Shown here in pieces: positions 29,031 through 37,421 of a DNA stretch of 60,705 nt. Position 1 is the stretch's first letter, and each line of letters starts with the position of its first letter. A program made the translations under genes and the position numbers. Source of the DNA: Clostridia bacterium. Its GTDB lineage: Bacteria > Bacillota > Clostridia > Christensenellales > UBA3700. Location: NCBI GenBank assembly GCA_016287155.1, contig JAEEWC010000156.1, positions 1-60,705 of the forward strand, given 5' to 3'. The notes under the pieces were generated by a model. That model saw only the letters and a list, made by a program, of their open reading frames with translations, ran no database searches and was not told the origin of the DNA.

Positions 29031-30159
29031 CTTTAAATGCCTGCTCTAAATCTTCTATAAGATCTTGTTCATTTTCGATTCCTACAGATATACGTAGGAA
29101 TCTGTCGTTTATACCTTTTGCTTCCAATATTTCCTTTGGAACATCTGCGTGTGTTTGCTTTTTAGGGAATGTGATTAAACTCTCCACTCCTCCCAAGCTT
29201 TCTGCATACTGAAATACTTTTACATTTCTTAATATTTGAGATACGTATGCACTTTTTTTAACTTCAAATGATATCATGCCACCAAAACCAGTAGATTGCT
29301 TTTTAGATATCTCATAATCCTTATTGTCTTCAAAACCAACATAATATACCTTATTTACGTTAGGATTATTTCTTAACCATTGAGCTACAGCTTTTGCGTT
29401 TTGAGATATTCTATCCATTCTGATTGGTAGTGTTTTTATACCACGCTCAATTAGGAATGAATCAAATGGAGCTAAACACGCGCCTACTGTTTTGTATAGG
29501 TATGCAAGACGTTCATCTATAGCTTTATCCTTGACTACGACAAATCCTGCTAATGCATCGTTATGTCCGCCTAAGAACTTTGTGCCGCTATGTACAACTA
29601 TGTCTGCACCTAGATCTAATGGTCTTTGGTAGTATGGTGTTAAGAATGTATTATCTACGAAGAATAATAAATCATTCTTTTTTGCTATATCAGAAATCGC
29701 TTGGATATCTGATACATGCATTAGTGGATTTGATGGCGTTTCAATATAGATAGCTTTTGTATTATCTTTAATCTTGCTCTTTACAAGCTCTAGATCTGAT
29801 GTATCGATAAAGTCAAATTCGTATCCATATGATAAAGCATCGTTTGAGAATAATCTGATACTTCCGCCATACAAATCGTCTGATGCTATGATGTGTGCAG
29901 GTGGCTTTATTAATTTGATTGCTGTAGATATAGCTGCCATCCCGCTTGAAAAAGCATATGCCTTCTCTCCGTTTTCTAGTCTTGCCACCAAGTTCTCCAA
30001 ATGAGATCTTGTTGGATTTGCTAATCTTGAGTAACTATATTGTGAAGTGTCCTCTACCCCTTCGTGTACGAATGTGGATGTTTGGTAGATTGGTGTAGTC
30101 AAACACCCATATTCGTTTCTTTTATCTATTGAGTGTAAACAGAGAGTCTCTATGTTCAT
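29020..30159 (-). CDS. Cys/Met-metabolism PLP enzyme (cystathionine gamma-synthase / beta- or gamma-lyase family)
   Basis: PIYQTSTF, YSRLANPT, AFSSGMAAIS, HSGTKFLGGHNDALAG (PLP Lys), AESLGGVESLI. Confidence 0.88.
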   Translation of the reverse strand: MNIETLCLHSIDKRNEYGCLTTPIYQTSTFVHEGVEDTSQYSYSRLANPTRSHLENLVARLENGEKAYAFSSGMAAISTAIKLIKPPAHIIASDDLYGGSIRLFSNDALSYGYEFDFIDTSDLELVKSKIKDNTKAIYIETPSNPLMHVSDIQAISDIAKKNDLLFFVDNTFLTPYYQRPLDLGADIVVHSGTKFLGGHNDALAGFVVVKDKAIDERLAYLYKTVGACLAPFDSFLIERGIKTLPIRMDRISQNAKAVAQWLRNNPNVNKVYYVGFEDNKDYEISKKQSTGFGGMISFEVKKSAYVSQILRNVKVFQYAESLGGVESLITFPKKQTHADVPKEILEAKGINDRFLRISVGIENEQDLIEDLEQAFKDEV

Positions 30160-30167
30160 ACTTTCTC

Positions 30168-31718
30168 CTATTTGTTGATTGATTCAAATACTTCAGCTGT
30201 CTTTGTCTTGTAATCTTGGAATTGTTCTTCTGTTGAATATCCATAGAATAACATGATCTCTAAGCTCTTAATGATTGGAGCTGCATTTTCTCCGTCCTTA
30301 TTGTTCTTGTTGTAAGAGAAGAAGAATGGTACTTGTAGTCTATTAACAGAGATTGTTTGTTCGTTAGCTGTGTATGTGATCTTCTTTGGTGTAGCTTCTA
30401 AGTCATTTAGAGTTACGATGTTTGTTAAGTAGTTAGTAATGATGTTTGCATATAGTGGTGTTAATGTCTTGTTGTTTTCACGGATGTGAGCATCAGCATA
30501 ACGGTTAACACTTGTGCTTGTTGTCCAATACTTCTTAGCATATCCACCATCAAGCTTTGTATCGAATGTGTATACAGTAACATTGTGTTCAACAGCATAA
30601 TCATTTACGATATCAATAATAGCTTGAGTATTTCCGCACCATGAACCAGCAAATAAGATAATGTAGTCGCCGTCTTGTTGTAATAACCAGTTGAATTGTC
30701 TGTAGTTTAGAACTTCATAGTTGATTTGCTTATCTTGAGCGAAGATTTCTCTGCCTGACTTTTCGTTGTATGCTTGTCTGATGTAGTCTGCATCTGAGTA
30801 TGTAGATAATTGAACATTGTTGTTTTTAATGTAATCAAATACTCTTTGTAATCTAGCCTTATATTCGTCTGTGATGTAGTTCTTAGATGTAATGAACTTA
30901 CCGTTAGCGTCTTTAGCAAATGTACCATCTTCATTCTTTTGGTATGTTGTTGTGTAAACGCCTTGATCATCTCTATCTACCATTTCTTCAAAGCCTGTAA
31001 CGATAGGATATTTCTTTCCTTCTTCAGCTTGTGCAGAAACAACTGTCTTTGTAGATAAATCGTATGCACTTCTTGTTGTGTTGTCTTTGTTGTATAGGAA
31101 TAAGAATGGAACTTGTACCTTAGCAACATTTACATCTACGCCATCAGCATTTGTGTATGTTAAAGAGCTAGCTGAACCTTCTTTGTATTCTACCCAGTCA
31201 TTTAGGTTTGTTAAGTATCTAGATACTAATTCACCATATAAGTGGTTGTATTCTTGTCCTGCATTCTTTGTTGTACCAGCAGCTGGATTTGGAACTCTAA
31301 CGTGTGTTGATGATGATTCTCCATCTAGGAAGAAGTCAAAATTGTAGATCTTAGTAATTCCGTATTGATGAGCGAACTCATTGATGTATGTTGCGGCAGC
31401 ACGTGTGTTGTGGCACCATGATCCACCTAGAAGAATTAAGTAGTTACCTTCTTTTTGTAATAGATAAATAAGTTCTTCATATGTTACGGCATCAAATACG
31501 ATGTCCTTGTTTTCAAATGTGTCTACACCATTTTGGCGAGATGTATCGGCATTTGACTTTGCGTTGTAGTCATTGTAGAAGAATTCTTGCTCTGTTGTTG
31601 CCACAAAATTGTCTTCTTCAACTTTATCTTGGCAACCAACAAATGTGATAACATTTAGAGCGATTACAAGTACGATGACTAATAATAAAAGTGATGTAAT
31701 CTTTGTTGTTGTTTTCAT
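30168..31718 (-). CDS. Lipoprotein with two tandem thioredoxin-fold domains carrying monothiol CxxT motifs
   Basis: Lipobox ITFVGC|Q. Internal duplication: YLILLGGSWCHNTRAAATYINEFAHQYGITKIYNFDFFLDG...VQVPFLFLYNKDN versus YIILFAGSWCGNTQAIIDIVNDYAVEHNVTVYTFDTKLDG...LQVPFFFSYNKNN. Apart from the lipobox Cys, these two are the only Cys residues. Confidence 0.65.
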   Translation of the reverse strand: MKTTTKITSLLLLVIVLVIALNVITFVGCQDKVEEDNFVATTEQEFFYNDYNAKSNADTSRQNGVDTFENKDIVFDAVTYEELIYLLQKEGNYLILLGGSWCHNTRAAATYINEFAHQYGITKIYNFDFFLDGESSSTHVRVPNPAAGTTKNAGQEYNHLYGELVSRYLTNLNDWVEYKEGSASSLTYTNADGVDVNVAKVQVPFLFLYNKDNTTRSAYDLSTKTVVSAQAEEGKKYPIVTGFEEMVDRDDQGVYTTTYQKNEDGTFAKDANGKFITSKNYITDEYKARLQRVFDYIKNNNVQLSTYSDADYIRQAYNEKSGREIFAQDKQINYEVLNYRQFNWLLQQDGDYIILFAGSWCGNTQAIIDIVNDYAVEHNVTVYTFDTKLDGGYAKKYWTTSTSVNRYADAHIRENNKTLTPLYANIITNYLTNIVTLNDLEATPKKITYTANEQTISVNRLQVPFFFSYNKNNKDGENAAPIIKSLEIMLFYGYSTEEQFQDYKTKTAEVFESINK

Positions 31719-31747
31719 TGTATATATCTCCTTATAAATTTATTTTC

Positions 31748-32272
31748 TTAGCAAATTTCTGGTTCTTCAGCAGCTCCACCTTGAGATCCTGAATCGTTAG
31801 ATGTTGCTCCTGAGTTATATTTAGATTCTAAAGATGTGAATGTTGCGTAATTAGAAATTAATGAATAATCCTTATTTGCAAAATATGCATCGATAGTTTC
31901 TCTTATTGTTTTTACTTCGGCTTTGATTTCTTCTTCACTAGCACCTGCTAAGTATTTGTTGTTTACATCTCTGATGGCTGCTTCTAAATATGCTGCCTTT
32001 GCTTTTTGAAGATTCTCTTCGCCTACATTTTTGTTTACTACTTTGAATGTTGTTGATGCGCCAAATGTACTTTCAAATTGATCAAATTTATATTGTGCAT
32101 CATCAATCTTTTCTTTACTCTTTTCGCTATATCCAACTACTCCTATATTTTCAATAGCTTGCTTTGCATTGTTGTATGTGATGGTAGAAGTTGTAATAAC
32201 TAGGATCAATGCTACAAATGCAATTGCTGCAACGATTATGAAATATAATTTACCTTTAGATAGCTTCTCCAT
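31748..32272 (-). CDS. N-terminally membrane-anchored helical protein ending in ...EEPEIC
   Basis: TM helix LYFIIVAAIAFVALILVITTS. Alpha-helical ectodomain. A single Cys as the last residue. The start overlaps the transporter stop by 17 nt. Confidence 0.5.
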   Translation of the reverse strand: MEKLSKGKLYFIIVAAIAFVALILVITTSTITYNNAKQAIENIGVVGYSEKSKEKIDDAQYKFDQFESTFGASTTFKVVNKNVGEENLQKAKAAYLEAAIRDVNNKYLAGASEEEIKAEVKTIRETIDAYFANKDYSLISNYATFTSLESKYNSGATSNDSGSQGGAAEEPEIC

Positions 32273-33659
32273 CTACGATACCTCCTTGTTCTTTGTCTTT
32301 CTTTTGTTCATTAAATATTTGTGTGTCTAATAAGCCTGATTGGCTTGCTACTACTGTTGCTGATACAGATGCTGTTGTTACGTTGTCTAGTGTTCTTACC
32401 ATGTCTGAGATTGTGTTGATTGGCATTAACAAGATAACTGCAGCTACTGGCAAATCTAATATTCCAAATAATCCGATTGCTGATACTACCGCGATTCCTG
32501 GAACTCCTGCACTACCTAGTGACATTACAAGAGCTAGAACAGCAAGTACGATATAGTTACCAACTCCCCATTGTGCTCCAGTTGCATTCACAAAGAATAT
32601 TGCAAGTAGAACTGGCCATACACTTGTGCACCCTGGCATTCCGATTGTTGCGCCTAGTGGAGCTGTGAAGTTTGCTACTTCTGAATCGACACCAACATTT
32701 CTTGTTAGATCGTTTATAGTTACAGGTAATGTACCTACGCTTGATTGTGTTGTGAAAGCTGTAGCTTGAGCTCTTGATGTCTTCTTAAAGAACTTAATTG
32801 GGTTGACCTTAGCTACGAACTTTAAGATAAGTGCATGATATCCATATGTATGAATAGCGCATACTACATAGATTGCTACAACTAACAATAACAATTGAAC
32901 GATTGCGTCTTTGTTTGTGAAAATCTTGCTTGCAGATCCAGCGATTAAGCTCAATACTGCAAATGGTGTTAAGTCGATTACGAAGCTCAAAATCTTGTAT
33001 AGGATTTCTTTTAGAGATTCAACGAACTTCTTGAATACTCCAATCTTCTCTTCGCCCTTCTCCTTTGCTACAGCAATATATGCGATTGCTATAGCTACAC
33101 CAGTGATGATGATTGATACGACATTGTTAGAACCTAAATCGCTAACTATGTTGCTTGGGAATAAACCTAGAATTACTTTATCGAATGATTTTGTTAGGCC
33201 TTGGTATGCGCCAATTGTGCTTGATGATACGTTAGATATTTCACTAAAGATAGCGCCAGCATTCTTTCCTAGTCCTGTAACAGTTCCGAATATGATACTC
33301 AAAATGATTGCTACAAAAGCAGATAGTAATAACCAGAATACAGATCTAATACCAATCTTCTTCATTCTGCTACCATCTTTTAGTTGGATGAAACTTGAGA
33401 TGATAGATACTAAGATAACTGGAGCAACTAATGCAGTAATAATGTTTACATATATATCTCCAATTAAATCTACCCATGTTAAGTACTTGTTATCTTCAGA
33501 TGCAAATACTATACCTACAATTACGCCTAGCACTAAGCTTATCAATATTACAAATGTCCAATTGATCTTATTAGATAAGTAATAAAGTAAGCCAAATAGC
33601 AAGAAGACTACTGCTAATGCTAAAAGTGCTATCCAATCAAAACTTAATAATAATTCCAT
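32256..33659 (-). CDS. tcyP: DAACS-family (sodium:dicarboxylate/amino-acid symporter) transporter, TcyP-like L-cystine transporter candidate
   Basis: ALVAPVILVSIISSF, LTPFAVLSLIAGS, FTTQSSVGTLPVT, APLGATIGMPGC, SAGVPG. I prefer the ATG at 33659 (GGAG RBS). The track's GTG extension (33660-33689) is a translation of the terminator hairpin. Confidence 0.75.
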   Translation of the reverse strand: MELLLSFDWIALLALAVVFLLFGLLYYLSNKINWTFVILISLVLGVIVGIVFASEDNKYLTWVDLIGDIYVNIITALVAPVILVSIISSFIQLKDGSRMKKIGIRSVFWLLLSAFVAIILSIIFGTVTGLGKNAGAIFSEISNVSSSTIGAYQGLTKSFDKVILGLFPSNIVSDLGSNNVVSIIITGVAIAIAYIAVAKEKGEEKIGVFKKFVESLKEILYKILSFVIDLTPFAVLSLIAGSASKIFTNKDAIVQLLLLVVAIYVVCAIHTYGYHALILKFVAKVNPIKFFKKTSRAQATAFTTQSSVGTLPVTINDLTRNVGVDSEVANFTAPLGATIGMPGCTSVWPVLLAIFFVNATGAQWGVGNYIVLAVLALVMSLGSAGVPGIAVVSAIGLFGILDLPVAAVILLMPINTISDMVRTLDNVTTASVSATVVASQSGLLDTQIFNEQKKDKEQGGIVDGEAI

Positions 33660-33673
33660 AAATCTATTTCTCC

Positions 33674-33704
33674 AAAAAAGGTCCTGCACTCTTCATGCAG
33701 GACC
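33674..33704 (-). terminator. Leader (attenuator) terminator immediately upstream of the tcyP-like gene
   Basis: Minus strand: GGTCCTGCA (33704-33696) - TGAAGAG - TGCAGGACC (33688-33680) + T6 (33679-33674), followed by GGAGAAATAGATTT-ATG (33659). Confidence 0.8.
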
Positions 33705-33747
33705 GTTGTTATTTTTCTTGTCTTATTTTTGTGCAACAAACGCCCTG

Positions 33748-33810
33748 CTACCTTAAGTAACTACACATGCCTCCCATCATACACATTTCGATTCTTGCGA
33801 TTGTTTTCAT
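33748..33810 (-). CDS. 20-codon Cys/Met-rich leader peptide MKTIARIEMCMMGGMCSYLR
   Basis: The ATG at 33810 is preceded by AGGAG with a 6-nt spacer. TAG stop at 33750-33748. The ORF lies between a consensus promoter and the leader terminator. Confidence 0.6.
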   Translation of the reverse strand: MKTIARIEMCMMGGMCSYLR

Positions 33811-33856
33811 TTGCTTCTCCTATTTGCCTACTATGTTAGTAGGTTTATCGTGAATG

Positions 33857-33885
33857 ATTATACCTCAGGCAAAATGGCTTGTCAA
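33857..33885 (-). promoter_or_regulatory. Consensus sigma-A promoter of the leader and sulfur operon
   Basis: Minus strand: TTGACA (33885-33880), exactly 17 nt, TATAAT (33862-33857). A 5' stem-loop CCTACTA-ACA-TAGTAGG follows, just before the leader RBS. Confidence 0.8.
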
Positions 33886-33987
33886 TTAGTTTTCAAAGAA
33901 TTTTTCGAAAAAATTTAATTGCTAAATAGTGCTTTATATAATACGTGCACGGAAAAATAATAAATAATTGCCAACCTGTAATGGCTT

Positions 33988-35001
33988 TTAAGATTCTATT
34001 CCCTTATTCTTTTCGATATAGATCTTTGCATATATAAGGACGGCGCTAAGTAATAGATAGATGGCACTAATCCAAATTAACTTATAATTTCCTATTATCC
34101 AATCGTCCATTACAAGATTAATTATTGGGAAATATATTACTCCAATGTCTGACGCAGATAAGCCAAAACTACCCAACTCCATAAATGTAAAGAGTGGAAC
34201 TAGTATTAACGAAATCGAAATAATGCTTGTGATTAATTTGTTCTTAATAACAGAATTCATCCCAATACCAAAAGATAGAATAAACATAGATACTATTAAT
34301 GCAAAGATTTCTTTTAATACGTAAATGCTATAAACTGGGACTGCTAATGCGTTGCCGTTATTATATTGAATTGTCATAATCTTATGAGAACCTATCCCAA
34401 GGAAGTTACCTACAATCGCAAACAACAACCATAATGCAAATAGCGAAACATACTGAACTACTATTTCAGAGATTGCTATATCTTTTGCAGAGTTTCCTAA
34501 TATCATTAAATTTTTATATTTACCCTTCTTGTTGGTATATGCTAATGGGAATAACCCTGCAAATGCAAATAGCATCATTGTGCTTAAAAACGCCCAAATC
34601 ATAATTCTTGATGCTGGATTAAATTCCTTATAATACGATTCGAAGCTGCTATCTAAATCGTAATAGTATTGCGGATAAGTATCTGTGGCTACATAATACT
34701 CATACTCAGCTATTGCGCTTTTATCATAATATCTTGATTCTTGTTCATTATACCAACTAAAGCCTTCATAGTTCTGATGCGATTCCTGTTCCATTATATC
34801 TTTATATGTTGATTTAGTATCTTCTTTTAAAAGCTCAATCCATTCATCATCTGTACTTTGATAGCTCGATGTGCTACCCAAGCCCCATGATGTTAACAAT
34901 GCAAGTATTATTGCGATGGATAATATTAAACAAACTCTCATAATCAATTGTTTGTTGTTAAATATAACATCAAATTGGAACTTAATTAATTTCTTTGTCA
35001 T
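33988..35001 (-). CDS. ABC-2-type transporter permease-like membrane protein
   Basis: N-terminal TM helix, an extracytoplasmic loop of about 100 aa, then 5 TM helices. Overlaps the upstream gene by 4 nt. Confidence 0.5.
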   Translation of the reverse strand: MTKKLIKFQFDVIFNNKQLIMRVCLILSIAIILALLTSWGLGSTSSYQSTDDEWIELLKEDTKSTYKDIMEQESHQNYEGFSWYNEQESRYYDKSAIAEYEYYVATDTYPQYYYDLDSSFESYYKEFNPASRIMIWAFLSTMMLFAFAGLFPLAYTNKKGKYKNLMILGNSAKDIAISEIVVQYVSLFALWLLFAIVGNFLGIGSHKIMTIQYNNGNALAVPVYSIYVLKEIFALIVSMFILSFGIGMNSVIKNKLITSIISISLILVPLFTFMELGSFGLSASDIGVIYFPIINLVMDDWIIGNYKLIWISAIYLLLSAVLIYAKIYIEKNKGIES

Positions 35002-35981
35002 ATATTCTTTTTCCTAAAATATGCCAATCCGCCAAAATACAAAGCTACTGTAATAAGGCTATGATATACAATCATGATTATACTATCCGTGGTTATACCA
35101 ACTTGGTTTGCATCGACACCTACTATTGGCAATTTAACTAATGGATCAGAATAATTATATTCCGATTCATTAAATATACTTGGAGATACCATTAACCCAA
35201 CTACTATTGCGGTTGCGATAATTAATCCAAAGTATATGCAAGTTAGAGAAACGTTTTTCGTCCTAATTCCAACTAATGTAACAACGTTTACAAATAGTAG
35301 AGATAAAATATATCTACCTAAACATGCCCAGCAATAAATCCCTATTGTAGACACTTCCCTATATCCGTTTTGGATTAATAGGATGGAATCATCCTTACAC
35401 ATCATTCCACCAACTAAACCGATTTCAAAAGCAATGAAATTAATTACGCTTACAAGGATAAATGATTCCAAATAGAAGTAGTTATATATCTTATTCCTAG
35501 TTAGAGATGTAGCAATTATATTTTTAATCGGGCCACCAAGTTCTAAAACAAACAACATAAGTGGGATAACAACGGCTAAAATGTAAATTACATAAGATAG
35601 CCACTTAAAAGAATAGAACATAAATGCACTCCCTTCATGCCCTTCACGATTATTTATAGTGGCTGTTGTTGAGCCTCCTATGTTGTAATATTCACTCTCA
35701 ACAGTATTAGTGTCTACAAAATATGAATAATAGTCTATCTTATCTTGCATTACTGCACGAAACGCATCTCTTTTTTCAACCTCAAGCATATCTATTTCGA
35801 ATTGTATTATGTCCTTATATGATTGAATGATTACTTCTTTGTCTCTAGTATCTATACTTTCTTTATCTACAGTAGCAAATAGAGATAGAATTACTATCGT
35901 TATAACAAAAAATGCTATTATGCCTATCAATAAATTATGACGCTTTGTTGTATAGTTTATTACGCTAAGGAAACCTTGCAT
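34998..35981 (-). CDS. ABC-2-type transporter permease-like membrane protein
   Basis: Same topology as its neighbour. The start abuts the ATPase stop (35981). Confidence 0.5.
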   Translation of the reverse strand: MQGFLSVINYTTKRHNLLIGIIAFFVITIVILSLFATVDKESIDTRDKEVIIQSYKDIIQFEIDMLEVEKRDAFRAVMQDKIDYYSYFVDTNTVESEYYNIGGSTTATINNREGHEGSAFMFYSFKWLSYVIYILAVVIPLMLFVLELGGPIKNIIATSLTRNKIYNYFYLESFILVSVINFIAFEIGLVGGMMCKDDSILLIQNGYREVSTIGIYCWACLGRYILSLLFVNVVTLVGIRTKNVSLTCIYFGLIIATAIVVGLMVSPSIFNESEYNYSDPLVKLPIVGVDANQVGITTDSIIMIVYHSLITVALYFGGLAYFRKKNI

Positions 35982-36670
35982 TATTGAGCATCTCCAGATG
36001 ATGATACAACTTTGAAAAATTCTTCACTTAGATTAATCTTTTTAATATCTTCACAATGGTAAACTATTTGACCATTATTGATGATATATGCACTTGTACA
36101 GATAGATTCTAGTTCTTTAATGCCATGCCCTGAGATTAATATAATATTCCCAGCCTCTGCATAAGCCTTTATAATATCTTCAAACAATTTAATGCTAATT
36201 GGATCAATACCATTAAATGGTTCATCCAAAATTAAAATCTTTGGCTTACCCATTAAAGCATATGCAAAATATAGACGTTGTTTCATTCCTAAAGAAAGAT
36301 TTTTGTATAACACTTTTTTATGAGGAGTAAGTCCTACTACATTTATAGCATTATATACATCATCTTTTTTTAAACTTGGATAGAATTGAGAAAGTGCAAT
36401 TAGGTTCTTCTCTACCGTTAAATTATCATAAAAAGATGGGCCTTCTATCATAAATCCTATATCTTGATTTGTTTTTTTGACATTGCCATCTAATAAGATT
36501 TCTCCAGAGTCCGGATTTACTAATCCTGCCATTATTTTAATAAGCGTACTTTTACCTGCTCCATTTGGGCCTAAAAGTGCGCAGATTTCATGAGGCTTAA
36601 GTTCTAAAGAAACCTCATTTAAGACTTGTTTATATTTAAATGATTTGCATATATTTTTAATTTCTAACAT
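35981..36670 (-). CDS. ABC transporter ATP-binding protein
   Basis: Walker A GPNGAGKST, signature LSLGMKQR, Walker B ILILDEP, H-loop SGH. Confidence 0.9.
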   Translation of the reverse strand: MLEIKNICKSFKYKQVLNEVSLELKPHEICALLGPNGAGKSTLIKIMAGLVNPDSGEILLDGNVKKTNQDIGFMIEGPSFYDNLTVEKNLIALSQFYPSLKKDDVYNAINVVGLTPHKKVLYKNLSLGMKQRLYFAYALMGKPKILILDEPFNGIDPISIKLFEDIIKAYAEAGNIILISGHGIKELESICTSAYIINNGQIVYHCEDIKKINLSEEFFKVVSSSGDAQ

Positions 36671-36686
36671 ATCACCATTTCAAAGT

Positions 36687-37379
36687 TTATGTCAAAGCAG
36701 CAGTAACCTGGAATGCATAATTCAATCTTATATGATGGAATTTAAACACATTAGGAGATTCTTGAATTTCATAAATAATAACTATACAAACTATATCGCC
36801 TATAACAAAATTACGTGCTTCTGAATAAGAATTAACCTCGCTCAAATTATAATGAGACCAAGCTGACCAATTTTCGCCGTTACTATGTCTCTTTCTAATA
36901 AGCACCTGACCTTTGCCAACCTTATCATTGCAACCAATTACACAAAGTTCAGATGTTAGGTTTTTTAGTTTCTTTCCATCGCTATACAATTTATATCTAC
37001 CACTTGTTGGAATTAAATTCGTATAAGTTAATTCAACATCCCCGTGTGTTTGTTGTAAGAGATTAGGTTGCTCTGCAATACTAAGACTTGGATAATGTGT
37101 TAAGACTTGAGAATCGAATTGATCGTTGCCTCTTATTTCAACTTCTACATTGTTATAAACAACGTTTCCACTTCCAGAGCAATAATGAATATTCGTATCT
37201 CTTATTGAATAATCTTCATTACAATCACAAGCACCCGTTTGCGCCCATCTTAATATTGGTCGATTGTCTGAGCCGATAGTTTCTGCTTCTGCAGTATTTT
37301 GTGGTATTAAAAATAAAGAAAATACCATCAAAACAATAATTAATAAATTAATTGAAAATAATTTTTTGCTAGTAGACAT
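36687..37379 (-). CDS. Secreted hypothetical protein, first gene of the ABC-2 operon
   Basis: Signal peptide LFSINLLIIVLMVFSLFLIPQNTAEA|E. Beta-rich mature part with 7 Cys. AAGGAGGA RBS. Confidence 0.5.
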   Translation of the reverse strand: MSTSKKLFSINLLIIVLMVFSLFLIPQNTAEAETIGSDNRPILRWAQTGACDCNEDYSIRDTNIHYCSGSGNVVYNNVEVEIRGNDQFDSQVLTHYPSLSIAEQPNLLQQTHGDVELTYTNLIPTSGRYKLYSDGKKLKNLTSELCVIGCNDKVGKGQVLIRKRHSNGENWSAWSHYNLSEVNSYSEARNFVIGDIVCIVIIYEIQESPNVFKFHHIRLNYAFQVTAALT

Positions 37380-37421
37380 TTTTAGTCCTCCTTCTTGTTA
37401 ATATTTTTTGTCTACAATTCT

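Noticed and set aside
32911-33582. 223-aa plus-strand ORF antisense to the transporter gene. Similar long antisense ORFs occur at 7389-7865, 17280-17627, 25389-25703, 42542-42979, 44754-45125, 48257-48787 and 55552-55872.
   Set aside because: Each lies entirely inside a well-supported gene on the other strand. Each has low-complexity or odd composition, no RBS and no recognisable motif. These are typical shadow ORFs.
33660-33689. Ten-codon N-terminal extension (GTG start, MQDLFWRNRF) of the transporter ORF in the six-frame track
   Set aside because: These codons are a translation of the leader terminator hairpin and its T-tract. The ATG at 33659 has a GGAG RBS, and the mature N-terminus MELLLSFDW... 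starts a TM helix. I therefore treat the extension as an artefact.
33690-33987. S-box (SAM-I) riboswitch or Cys/Met T-box in the 300-bp leader of the sulfur operon
   Set aside because: I found no T-box consensus (..GGTGG.ACC.CG..) and no S-box four-way-junction signature. The space between promoter and terminator is about 150 nt and is largely occupied by a well-initiated 20-codon ORF. A cmscan run is still needed to confirm.
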